A stretch of 64,000 bases of DNA from Roseibacillus sp. (lineage in GTDB: Bacteria > Verrucomicrobiota > Verrucomicrobiia > Verrucomicrobiales > Akkermansiaceae). The DNA lies in assembly GCA_051251855.1 (NCBI GenBank), contig JBPOGI010000006.1:96001-160000 (forward strand). The letters are read 5' to 3'. Below, piece after piece: positions 27,383 through 36,685 of this stretch (positions are counted from its first letter, which is position 1; every line of letters starts with the position of its first letter). A model generated the notes under the pieces. That model saw only the letters and a list, made by a program, of their open reading frames with translations, searched no databases and was not told where the DNA came from. The position numbers and the translations under genes were made by a program.

Positions 27383-28525
27383 CTACTCGTCCGCGGCTTT
27401 GGCGGCACTACGGATAGCAGCTTTGGCTTTGAGAAGGCGTTCGGGCCACTCGAAGGTGGGAGCGGTGCTGGGATCGTAGCCTTCGAGATGTCCCGTGAGG
27501 CGGGTGGCGGGCTTGGTGTAGACCAGCTCGGTATCGCGAAAGACCTCGCGGCAGAGTTCAGCGAGCGCGGGGTCGTATTCGATGAGTTCTTCTCTCGTGT
27601 TGACGTGATTGTGGTCGTGGTCGTTCTCGCGATTGTTTCCGAACCAAGACTGCACCCCTTCCGCAAAGTATTCGAAGTGATTGGTGGCAGCATACTTGTC
27701 TTTCCAGAGACCGGCCTGCATCGCTGCTTGGTAAGTTGCCTCTAACCGCTGGTCGAAAGTGGGGTCGACATTGAGGAGACCACGCAGATGAATGTTGTGC
27801 GCGAATTCATGGATGAGAATGTTCTCTGCCTCGTAGGGGTCGCCGGGATAGCCGAGGAGGTTTTCTTCTCCGCAGGAGCAGTAGCAATCCGTTCGGCTCC
27901 CACCCAAGCCACGGGCGCGCGCATCCCAAAAGGCTTTTGCGCTTACTCCTGGGTAATGGTCTTTGCCTTGAGCGAGGCGGGCGAATTCGGGGAGATCGGT
28001 CGTGAACTCGTTGTAGGCCATCACGCTCATGCGCGCTCCGCTATCGACCATGGCTTTGGCAATGTCGGGGCGCTTGGCGAGCATCTTGTCGATGAGGTAG
28101 GCTGCTTCTTTCAAGGCATAGGGATTCACTTTCTCGGAAGCGACGATGGGGTAGCCCACGGCTTTGAGCTGTTGTTGATAGAAAGTCGGAACGCCGTCTT
28201 GGCTGGCGGGGTCATAGCGATAGCCCTGCACTGGCACTTTCGAGGTCACATTGATGCGGGTGTCGCTTTCTTGTCCCACCACTTCGAATTCGTGTCCAAG
28301 GGTGGTGGTGATGAGGGTTTCCTTTCCCGGGGCGACGGTGCCATTGGGGACTCGTTTTCCTTCGGGATTGAGCCAGTAGATCGCGATCTCTTCTTCGCTG
28401 GCATTGAGGAATTGCAACTGCGGCCGCGATTTGGTGGGCGACTTTTCTTTCGAAATGCCCATAGCGAGAAGGGCACCTAAAATCATGAGAGGAAAGAAAG
28501 CGAGAGCGCGGCGATGGTTTCTCAT
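27383..28525 (-). CDS. exported protein with VHL-beta-like domain and HEXXH zinc-peptidase-like domain
   Basis: Signal peptide; IYWLNPEG; ENILIHEFAH, EYFAEGVQSWF. Confidence 0.7.
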   Translation of the reverse strand: MRNHRRALAFFPLMILGALLAMGISKEKSPTKSRPQLQFLNASEEEIAIYWLNPEGKRVPNGTVAPGKETLITTTLGHEFEVVGQESDTRINVTSKVPVQGYRYDPASQDGVPTFYQQQLKAVGYPIVASEKVNPYALKEAAYLIDKMLAKRPDIAKAMVDSGARMSVMAYNEFTTDLPEFARLAQGKDHYPGVSAKAFWDARARGLGGSRTDCYCSCGEENLLGYPGDPYEAENILIHEFAHNIHLRGLLNVDPTFDQRLEATYQAAMQAGLWKDKYAATNHFEYFAEGVQSWFGNNRENDHDHNHVNTREELIEYDPALAELCREVFRDTELVYTKPATRLTGHLEGYDPSTAPTFEWPERLLKAKAAIRSAAKAADE

Positions 28526-28750
28526 GGAGGGGAGGCTACGTGTTCTGGCTCAAAAGTCTCTCGAATACGTTCGCTCGGTCCTCTCGACTGGATGCCCTAC
28601 AATCGGGAGCGTGGTCTTTCTAAGCCGCCACCTGTAGAGGTGGAAGGTTCAGGGTAAGGCCTGGAGACTTTCGGTCAAAAGGCGAGGTTCGGGTAATGGG
28701 GGTTGCGACTCGTTCCACCCTAGCGGCTTACAAAGCCACGCTCCCATCAA

Positions 28751-29653
28751 TCAACCGAGATGCTCTTTGAAAAACGCAATCGTCCGCGTCCAAGCCAACT
28801 CCGCTTGCTCTTTGTCGTAGCGCCCAGTGGAGTCATTGTGGAAACCGTGATTGGCCTCGGGATACATCTGCATTTGGTAATCCGCGCCCGCCGCTTTGAG
28901 GTCTTCCTCATACTCGGGCCAACTGGCATTAACGCGCTTGTCGAGTTCTCCGAGTTGAATAAGTAATGGTCCTTTGATGTTCTTGCGCAGCTCCTTCGCT
29001 GCGGGGGTGCCGTAGAAAGGCACGCCGGCATTGAGTTCTTCGGGAAGGGTGGCTGCCAGCATGTTCACGATGTAGCCGCCAAAGCAAAAGCCGACCGCGC
29101 CCAGCTTTCCGTTGCTGAGCTTGTGCGCCTTGATGAACTTGGCCGCTGCGATGAAGTCTTGCTCCAGCTTGGCTTTATCCATTCCCTTTTGCATCGCGCG
29201 GCCCTCATCATCGTTGCCAGGATAACCACCGGAAGGATGCAGGCCATCAGGAGCGAAGGCGACAAATCCTGCTTTGGCCACGCGGCGGGCGACATCCTTG
29301 ACGTAGGGATTGAGCCCTCGGTTCTCGTGAATCACCAAGACGACATAAGCGGGGCCCTCCAGGTTGGTAGGGACCACCAGATAGCCCTTGCCCTCACCGT
29401 GACCTTGCGGGGAAGGAAAGGTCTCGTAGGTGGCTTTGATTTCGGGGTCATTGAAGCTGACTTGCTCGGCTGCGACATAGTTCGGGGTCAGCGCGGTCAA
29501 GAGTGTGCCCATCGTCAGGGTCGCGGTGGTGATTGTTCCCAAGCGCGCCAAGAAGGTGCGGCGGTCGATGACGCCATGGGCATACTCATCATACCAGTCG
29601 AAGGCTTCTTGCGGGATAGGGTGGGTGGTGGTGGATTCTTGGGATGGGTTCAT
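28751..29653 (-). CDS. dienelactone hydrolase family protein (YghX-like), Tat-type leader
   Basis: YDEYAHG..DRRTF, HENRGLN, GFCFGG, HGFHND. Confidence 0.92.
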   Translation of the reverse strand: MNPSQESTTTHPIPQEAFDWYDEYAHGVIDRRTFLARLGTITTATLTMGTLLTALTPNYVAAEQVSFNDPEIKATYETFPSPQGHGEGKGYLVVPTNLEGPAYVVLVIHENRGLNPYVKDVARRVAKAGFVAFAPDGLHPSGGYPGNDDEGRAMQKGMDKAKLEQDFIAAAKFIKAHKLSNGKLGAVGFCFGGYIVNMLAATLPEELNAGVPFYGTPAAKELRKNIKGPLLIQLGELDKRVNASWPEYEEDLKAAGADYQMQMYPEANHGFHNDSTGRYDKEQAELAWTRTIAFFKEHLG

Positions 29654-29879
29654 GAAATGTTTTTGAGTTCCTCTCCTTCTTAGCGCGAAGCTTCCTTGTC
29701 GGAAAGGAATCAGTGTGAGGAATGTTCGTTGTCTCTCTTCAAAACGGAGCAAGGACATTCTTGTCCTTGAAAAGCGAGACTCCAAGTCCTCAGGACTCCT
29801 CGTTGTGAAAATTTTTCGGCCCCGGTGTCAGAACGTCAAGGTCGAGGGGTATGCCTTGGTGAACCTACCTAATTGAACG

Positions 29880-30392
29880 ATGAAAATCAGCACTCTCTCC
29901 AAGTCTCTTGCTCTTGCCGTCCCGCTTGTCGCGGTGGCTCCCGCCCATCTCGATGCCGCCGCCTATATCAAGTTTGATGGCATTATTGGCGAGGTCTCCG
30001 AAACCGGGTTCGAAGGTTATATCAAGTTCGATGGCTTCAAGATCGAGATTGATGGCACCAAGGCGACCGAGAAATTTGGAATTCCTTCTTTTAGTTTCCA
30101 AATGGAGAAGTCCTCGCCTCGGCTCATGTTGGCCTGTGCCAATGGCCTGACCATTCCCTCTGCGACTATTATCATGACAAGGCCTCACAGCAGTGGTCAG
30201 GAGAAAAGTTACCTCAAATATGAGCTCACCAATGTCAGAGTGCTCACTTACGGAAGCGATCGGAATGAACTGACGGATATCCCGGCAGATTCTTTTAGTC
30301 TCAACTATGAGGAGATTAAGGTCACCTATCAGGTCCTCGACTCTGCGGGCAATCCAATTGAAACCGTGACCACCGGCCCCTTGTTGCGATAG
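29880..30392 (+). CDS. Hcp (T6SS tube) family protein with N-terminal signal peptide
   Basis: YIKFDGIIGE, KSSPRLMLACANG, YLKYELTNVRV, SFSLNYEEIKVTY. Confidence 0.8.
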   Translation: MKISTLSKSLALAVPLVAVAPAHLDAAAYIKFDGIIGEVSETGFEGYIKFDGFKIEIDGTKATEKFGIPSFSFQMEKSSPRLMLACANGLTIPSATIIMTRPHSSGQEKSYLKYELTNVRVLTYGSDRNELTDIPADSFSLNYEEIKVTYQVLDSAGNPIETVTTGPLLR

Positions 30393-30414
30393 CTAACTAA
30401 GCGAAGAATCCACC

Positions 30415-31293
30415 ATGAATTCACGCACACTTCATAGAGTCCTTCTCATCGGACTCTTGCTCACCTCGGGACTTCCGGGGGCTAGGCTTTATCTCAAGAT
30501 TGAAGGGATTCGGGGAGAGTCGACGCATGCGGCCTACCCCGGTTGGATTGCCGCCGATAGCTTGCAGTTCGCTGGTTCGCTTTTCAACGGAGCCGCTGGA
30601 GGGTTTGGAGTGGTGAAGTCTCCTGACCGTTCCTCGGTGAGGTTGTTGCAAGCCTTAGCCAGTGAGCGTTATCTTCCCCGCGTCACGGTCGCCTTTCTCA
30701 AGCCTGATCCAACCAACAATGCGGGGGAAGATGTCGAGTTTGCGCGCGTTCTTTTCCGTGATGTTCTCGTTCGCTCCTGTGAGCAGGAGACCTTCACTTC
30801 GGGAACAGGGGAGGTGCTCTTGCAGGAAAAATATCGCCTAAGCTTTCGGGCCGTTTTCTATCGCTACCAGTCGGACGCGGGGGAGTCCGAGACCTCCTAT
30901 GTTGATTTGGATTTGGGAGCGGATACGGATGGCGACGGGATGACCGATAACTATGAAGACTTCTTCGGTCTCAACAAAAACCTCGATGATAGCGCGCTCG
31001 ATACCGACGGTGATGGCTTGACCCATCTGGAAGAGTTTCGATTGGGGCTCAATCCTCGTCTCTCGTCGTCTTCCTTCGTGCCCCGGGGTGGGGTGGATCC
31101 GGAAGACGCGGAGAACTTTCAGCTCACTTGGGCGACTAAGCCTGCCAAGTCCTATGACGTTTACTTCACTTCCGATTTGGCGCAGGAACCGGCCTTCCTT
31201 CGCCGAGTGACGGCGAGTGAGATGGATTCTTCGACGAGTTTTCGTCGCCTGCAATCGCGTGGGTTTTTCTCAATTCGAGAAGTGGTGGAGTGA
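30415..31293 (+). CDS. Hcp-like domain + DxDxDG Ca-binding repeats + C-terminal beta domain, signal peptide
   Basis: YLKIEGIRGEST....GWI, DRSSVRL; DTDGDG twice; ends RGFFSIREVVE. Confidence 0.7.
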   Translation: MNSRTLHRVLLIGLLLTSGLPGARLYLKIEGIRGESTHAAYPGWIAADSLQFAGSLFNGAAGGFGVVKSPDRSSVRLLQALASERYLPRVTVAFLKPDPTNNAGEDVEFARVLFRDVLVRSCEQETFTSGTGEVLLQEKYRLSFRAVFYRYQSDAGESETSYVDLDLGADTDGDGMTDNYEDFFGLNKNLDDSALDTDGDGLTHLEEFRLGLNPRLSSSSFVPRGGVDPEDAENFQLTWATKPAKSYDVYFTSDLAQEPAFLRRVTASEMDSSTSFRRLQSRGFFSIREVVE

Positions 31294-32726
31294 TGAAGGA
31301 AGACCTTTTGGCGGATTGGAATCCGGAGAGTTTTCTCCACGACCTCGTTGCGGGTCACTACACGGTTGAGAGTAGTCCGAAGGGTTCGTCCCTCGATACG
31401 GTGACCTTGAAGCCGCGCTCGGTGGTGCATGAACAGTTGCTCCGGCTCTTTCTCGCGGGAGAGGATTGTGCAACTGATCTTGTCAAAGAGGCTTTGCCGA
31501 CCTCGGCGCAGGAACTCATCGCGCTGGGGATTCTGGAAGAAGAGGAGGGGATGATTCGCTCCCAGTTTCGCATCCGTCCTCATCCGGAAGGTTATCTCGC
31601 GGAGGATTTTCCGGCTCGGCTCTATACGTCGGCAACGGACTTTGTGATGGGGGTGGCGCCCACCACGCGCATGACGAGTCGTATTGCACCCGACTGCTCA
31701 CCGGAGACCGTGCTCGACCTCTGTTGTGGGGGCGGGTGGTTGGCTTTGACCCAGGCGCTGGCGGGTCGTTCGGTGACCGCCTGTGACCTCAATCCGCGTG
31801 CCTTACAAGTGGCTGCACTCAATAGTCGACTGCTCCAGGCCCCTGCGGTTTCGTGGCGACAAGGTCCATGGCTGGAACCGGTTGCGGGCGAAACCTTCGA
31901 CCTCATCGTGGCCAACCCTCCTTTTGTGCAAACCCCCGGGAGTTCCTCGGTGGCCCTCGATACTCCGGCCGAAGAAGATACCGCGGCGATTCTTCTTCCG
32001 CAGCTGGCCCATCATCTCAATCCGGGCGGCTATGCCTGCCTCTTGATGGACTGGCAATTCACCTCGCCGGAAGACTGGCAAAGTGCCATTGAGTGTCTTA
32101 TTCCTAGGGAGGGAATTCAGTCTTTGCTCTTTGAGGTGCAACGTCAGTCACCCGAAGATTACGCGCGCCATTGGTTGCGGCAGGACACCCGCTTTCAAGA
32201 GGAAGACGCGCTCGGCCCCGAGTTGCAGCGCTGGCTCGATCACTTTGCCAGTCGAGGAACGGTGGGGATTTCTTCGGGCTTCATTGTGCTGCGCAAGTGT
32301 GAGGTGGGGCAGGAGTTTTCATTCCATGAGTCCCGATCGGTGGCGCACTTTCCGCCTGAGACTTCGGCGGAATTGAGCCGCTTTTTTACGAATCAAGATT
32401 GGTTGCGCGAGCAGACCGGTGACCTATTGGATGAGATTTTCGAAGGAGTGGAGGGAGTGCGTAAACTGGCCGGAAGCGTGCGCGAGTCCACGGGTTGGGT
32501 GACCGAGTCGCTGCAGCTCTCCAGTCCCGCTCGTCTTCTCTACGATGGCAACGTGGACCCTGCGCTCCTTCTAATCTTAGAAACGGCTTCGGTCGGAAAA
32601 CCGGTTAGAAGCGCTCTCCCCGAACTCGCGCGCATCGTGGGTGCCGATGAGGAAGCCCTGGCTCCGCAAGTGACTGATCTGCTGAAGGAGTTGATCACGC
32701 GCACTTTATTGGTGCCTTGTGGCTGA
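31290..32726 (+). CDS. class I SAM-dependent methyltransferase (HemK-like, NPPF)
   Basis: VLDLCCGGG, DLNPRAL, FDLIVANPPF. Confidence 0.85.
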   Translation: MMKEDLLADWNPESFLHDLVAGHYTVESSPKGSSLDTVTLKPRSVVHEQLLRLFLAGEDCATDLVKEALPTSAQELIALGILEEEEGMIRSQFRIRPHPEGYLAEDFPARLYTSATDFVMGVAPTTRMTSRIAPDCSPETVLDLCCGGGWLALTQALAGRSVTACDLNPRALQVAALNSRLLQAPAVSWRQGPWLEPVAGETFDLIVANPPFVQTPGSSSVALDTPAEEDTAAILLPQLAHHLNPGGYACLLMDWQFTSPEDWQSAIECLIPREGIQSLLFEVQRQSPEDYARHWLRQDTRFQEEDALGPELQRWLDHFASRGTVGISSGFIVLRKCEVGQEFSFHESRSVAHFPPETSAELSRFFTNQDWLREQTGDLLDEIFEGVEGVRKLAGSVRESTGWVTESLQLSSPARLLYDGNVDPALLLILETASVGKPVRSALPELARIVGADEEALAPQVTDLLKELITRTLLVPCG

Positions 32727-32815
32727 TGAATTCTAGGGAGGAAGGAGATTCCCGTTCGTGAAACAAACCGCAGGAGAGGGAAGAGGCTAAACGCTATCGG
32801 AGAGGCGGCCTTTAC

Positions 32816-32949
32816 CTTGGCCTTCGTAGCCTTGGCGAAGGATGCTGCCGCCAGCAACGGTCCAATCAATTGCGATGAAACCCCAAAGCCGCGTGCTGAA
32901 CCTCAGAAGGATAAAGCTCTTCATCCGAAAGTTCACCCGCCTCCGCCCT
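32816..32949 (+). repeat. ~135-bp direct repeat, copy 1 (copy 2 at ~33814-33947)
   Basis: CCTTGGCCTTCGwAGCCTTGGCGAAGGATG...GAAGGATAAAGCTCyTCATCCGAAAGTTCACCCGCCT in both. Confidence 0.85.
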
Positions 32950-33066
32950 TCGACATTTAAAATGTTCCGATGCGAGGACTATTGAACTCAAATTCTGACG
33001 TTCATCGCCATTTCTCGACATTAAAAGCAATCTTGAGAATCTGGCTCAAATGTGTAAAATTCTACC

Positions 33067-33282
33067 ATGCAAACGCTTTCGGAAATTGAAGAAGCGATTC
33101 AACGTCTCCCTAAGAAACAGATGTTTGAGCTGGTTGAACGGCTTGAAACCAAAGCTGGAAATGCGTGGGATCAACAGATTGAAGAAGACGTGAAAGCGGG
33201 CAAACTTGATGCGATCGCTGAACAAGCTTTAGCGGAGCATCGTGCTGGCAAGTCTTTACCCTTTCCTTCCAATGGAAAGTAA
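33067..33282 (+). CDS. putative antitoxin
   Basis: 71 aa acidic, WDQQIEEDVKAGKLD; overlaps toxin start; TTGAGA-N16-TAAAAT just upstream. Confidence 0.75.
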   Translation: MQTLSEIEEAIQRLPKKQMFELVERLETKAGNAWDQQIEEDVKAGKLDAIAEQALAEHRAGKSLPFPSNGK

Positions 33283-33526
33283 GGCGGTTTCTTCATTCTA
33301 GATCGGTTACAACAAGCTTCCCGCTCATGTTCATGAACGTGCTAACAAGCAGTTTCAGCTTTGGGAAAAGGACCACTATCACCCCTCGGTCCATTTTAAG
33401 AAGGTTGGCAAGTATTGGTCAGCACGTGTGACCGGAAGCTATCGCGCTGTCGGTTTGCTTGACGGCGATACAATCGTTTGGTTCTTCATCGGAACTCATG
33501 CAGAGTACGACCGCCTTCTGTCCTAA
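33272..33526 (+). pseudogene. RelE/ParE-like toxin with in-frame TAG at codon 10
   Basis: MESKAVSSF*IGYNKLP...HPSVHFKKVGKYWSARV..SYRAVG...WFFIGTHAEYDRLLS. Confidence 0.8.
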
Positions 33527-33813
33527 CGAGATCAATGGAAGAAAGCGCAGCAAGAGCAAACTCACCTAAGACGGAACGCGAATCTTCCGCAAGTCCTCCA
33601 TAGCTTTTGCGAAGGAGGAAGTTCGCCCCACCGGTCCGATTCTTAACGACAGCAGAGCAAGCCTTTCGAGTCGCGGAAGAGGTCAAACGCTATCGCAGCT
33701 AAGCCCCTCACGGAGCGGCGGCCTTTACTGCCGCCGAAAAGTTGATCACGGAAGGTCAAAGTCTCCCAAACCACCATCAATCGACTAATCCCTGCAATCA
33801 ATCCATTCATCCA

Positions 33814-33947
33814 CCTTGGCCTTCGAAGCCTTGGCGAAGGATGATGCCGCCAGTACCGGTCCGGTCAATTGCGATAAAACCCAAAGCCGCGTGTTGTGAT
33901 CGAGAAGGATAAAGCTCCTCATCCGAAAGTTCACCCGCCTGCGCCCT
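33814..33947 (+). repeat. ~135-bp direct repeat, copy 2
   Basis: Matches 32816-32949. Confidence 0.85.
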
Positions 33948-34129
33948 CCGGCTTCTAGAATGTTCAGATACGAGGATTGACCCCAAATTCTCCAAAAAGC
34001 TTGAAACGACGGCGATTGACAGCCAAGTGAGCATCGAACAGCTCAAAGCCGTCCACCGCCAAGCCCACCCCGCAGGGAGTGGAGAAAAAGGAGGCTCGAA
34101 AAATGACGATAGAAGCGTATCTTAGGGAC

Positions 34130-34357
34130 ATGACAGCGGAAACCATCCTTTCAAAAAGCGTTCGGTATGATCGCGGCGGGAAGCCACTCGAAGTGGTGAT
34201 CCCCTATGAGGAATTCGTCGATTTCGTGGAAAGCCACGGGCTTGATTTGACCAAAGAGGAAAAGGAATCAGTTCGCGAAGCTCAAGCGGATCGAGAGGCT
34301 GGAAGAAGCGAAAACTTCGTGTCGCTGGAGGATCTAGAGAAAGAGCTTTCGATCTAA
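34130..34357 (+). CDS. putative antitoxin
   Basis: Small acidic ORF coupled (TAATG) to a RelE-like gene. Confidence 0.7.
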   Translation: MTAETILSKSVRYDRGGKPLEVVIPYEEFVDFVESHGLDLTKEEKESVREAQADREAGRSENFVSLEDLEKELSI

Positions 34358-34632
34358 TGCGAGCGATCGTTTTTCACCGCAGAGCGGCGAAGTGACTGGG
34401 AAAAATGCCCAAAGACCGAGCGGCTCAAGTGCGGGATGCTTTGCTGGAAGTAGCGGCTTTGGATGACATCGACGCTCATCCCAACGTGAAGCAAATGAGC
34501 GGCGGCATGGCTGGGTGGACTCGATTGCGGGTGGGAGGTTATCGGGCCATCCTGCAAGTGACGATTATCAAGGTGGACGAGGTCATCTATGTGGACGCAA
34601 TCGGCCCACGGGGTGACGTCTACAAGGGCTAA
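34357..34632 (+). pseudogene. RelE/ParE family toxin with in-frame TGA at codon 13
   Basis: MRAIVFHRRAAK*LGKMPK...RLRVGGYRAI...IGPRGDVYKG. Confidence 0.8.
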
Positions 34633-34826
34633 ATGGCCTTTTCCTTTAGCGGTTCAAAGCTGCTACTTGTCGAGCTAGAAAGCGGATGATCAATAATTTG
34701 TCTGCCCGACTACGACGCCCTCCACGAACTTGCCCGCATCGTCGGAGCCGAAGAACAAGCCCTCGTTCCGCAAGTGGGGGAATTGCTGAAGGAGTTGGTG
34801 ATGCCGACGTTGCTGGGGCCTGAAAG

Positions 34827-35312
34827 TTACTGACTGAAAGTTACCTGTCCCTTTCCAGAGTTCCCACCCCTTTTTCTGCGTGCCTTCACCATCCCGTGCC
34901 GCTTGAGAACCTCTCCCACAGTGCTCACCACCGGAGGATTTTCCATTCCATGTTTCGTCCCCAACACATGTTGAATCTTCTTCGCTCCCCATGTCGGATG
35001 GAGGCGCCTCTCGGCAACAATCAACCTCTCTACAGCCTGATCGGTTCGGCAAGTCACGGACTTCGGAGCACGGCTCCGGGGCTCCAGACCGGCCATCCCG
35101 GAAGCGGCATGCCGGTCCCTCCACTTGTAACCAGTCTTGCGCGAAATACCGAACGTTTCGCAAAGTTCGGACATCGTGAATTGCCCGCTCAAAAGCAGGC
35201 TGATAAATTGCTGTTTTTCTTCCATCGCCGACACGTTTTTCCAGGGCATCCGCCCAGTCTAATGTGTAACCCATGTCCTCGGTTTATTTGTTACCTATGT
35301 GGTCGGTTCATA
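34827..35312 (-). mobile_element. IS481-family element remnant (left end + transposase N-terminus)
   Basis: MPWKNVS..E..QFI, ELCETFGISRKTGYKW..R, HPTWGAKKI; truncated before the integrase core; repeated TGTwACCyATGT end motifs at 35265-35300. Confidence 0.85.
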
Positions 35313-35314
35313 CC

Positions 35315-36166
35315 CATGGCTCTCTTGGTGATGCTGAACTGGTAAAGCGCCTTTTGGAAGAGGAAGAGATTGCCGGGATTGTGAATTTTGCCGCGCAGAC
35401 TCACGTTGATCGCTCGATTGATCATCCCCTGAATTTTTGGGATGTGAATGTGATGGAGACCTTGGTCTTTATGGAAGCCGTTCGGAATTATTTTGAGATC
35501 CTTCCTCCAGACAAAAAGGCCTTATTTCGGGTGCTTCATGTTTCGACAGATGAAGTTTTTGGAAGTCTTTCGAGGGATGAAGCGCCGTTTGATGAGCAGT
35601 CTCCTTTACGGCCCAATAACCCCTATTCAGCGAGTAAAGCGGCAAGCGAACATTTTTTGAGAGCTTATTTTCATACCTTTGGATTTCCCTTCATCATCAC
35701 CAATTGCACAAATAACTACGGGCCGTTTCAGTTTCCTGAGAAGCTGATTCCACTCGTCATTAGCAAGGCTCTTAATCAGGAGACGATTCCGATCTACGGG
35801 GATGGAACGAATCGGAGAGACTGGATCTATGTGGAGGATCATGTAGAGGCGCTAATCATGGCCTTTCAAAAAGGGGAAATTGGCGAGTCATACTGCGTCG
35901 GAGCCGGTGAGGAAAAAAGTAATTTGGAGTTGGTTGAGGAAATCTGTGAAATCCTCGAAGACCTCGTGCCCTGTGAAATTGGTCGCTATCGCGATCAGAT
36001 ATCGTTTGTGACGGATCGCCTGGGGCATGATTTTCGCTATGCGATCGATGCCTCGAAGCTCCAATCTCAGACGGGATGGCGTCCAAAATTTAGTTTTTCC
36101 AATGGCTTAAGAAGGACGGTGGAGTGGTATCTTGAAAAGGAGATCGCTTCCCGAAAGATGAAATGA
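35315..36166 (+). pseudogene. rfbB: dTDP-glucose 4,6-dehydratase, 5'-truncated by the IS
   Basis: NFAAQTHVDRSI, HVSTDEVFG, YSASKA, NNYGPFQFPEKLIP; N-terminal GxxGxxG missing. Confidence 0.85.
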
Positions 36167-36178
36167 CGGGTGTCTTAG

Positions 36179-36685
36179 TTACCTAATTTCAGTGGATTGA
36201 TCCTTTGGAGAAAGGATGGGGGCAGAATGCAGCCAGGGGAAATTCCAATCTGGGTCATTCCAGAGGAGTGTTTTCTCGGATTCGGGGTGATAGGGTGCGT
36301 CGGTGAGGTAGGAGATTAGGGCTGGCTCGTGACCGGTGACGAGAAATCCATGAGCGCAGCCCTTTGGGACAAAGAGTTGGTTTTGAGCCGAGGCGTCCAG
36401 GTGATAGACGGCATAGTGCAGGTAGGTGGGGGAGTCGGGCCTGAGGTCGGCGACGATGTCTTGCACGCTTCCTTCGAGGAGGATCAGAAATTTGCTCTGG
36501 GCGTGGGGGCTTTGATAGTGAAGTCCGCGAAGTGTTCCCGGATTGGAATGGGAGATGTTTTGTAAAACCCAGTTGGCTTTAAAATCGTCTCCGGTCAGGG
36601 CGGGCAGGAACCATCCTCGCTCATCTTGGAGCTTGGGTCTGCTGGAGATGGTGACGTCTTGAATGCTATCAGTCTGGCGATTCAT
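36179..36685 (-). CDS. rfbC: dTDP-4-dehydrorhamnose 3,5-epimerase
   Basis: DERGWF, GTLRGLHYQ, DLRPDSPTY, VPKGCAHGF, LSPKD. Confidence 0.9.
   Translation of the reverse strand: MNRQTDSIQDVTISSRPKLQDERGWFLPALTGDDFKANWVLQNISHSNPGTLRGLHYQSPHAQSKFLILLEGSVQDIVADLRPDSPTYLHYAVYHLDASAQNQLFVPKGCAHGFLVTGHEPALISYLTDAPYHPESEKTLLWNDPDWNFPWLHSAPILSPKDQSTEIR

Noticed and set aside
29880..31293. Type VI secretion system locus
   Set aside because: No tssB/C, vgrG, clpV or membrane complex genes nearby
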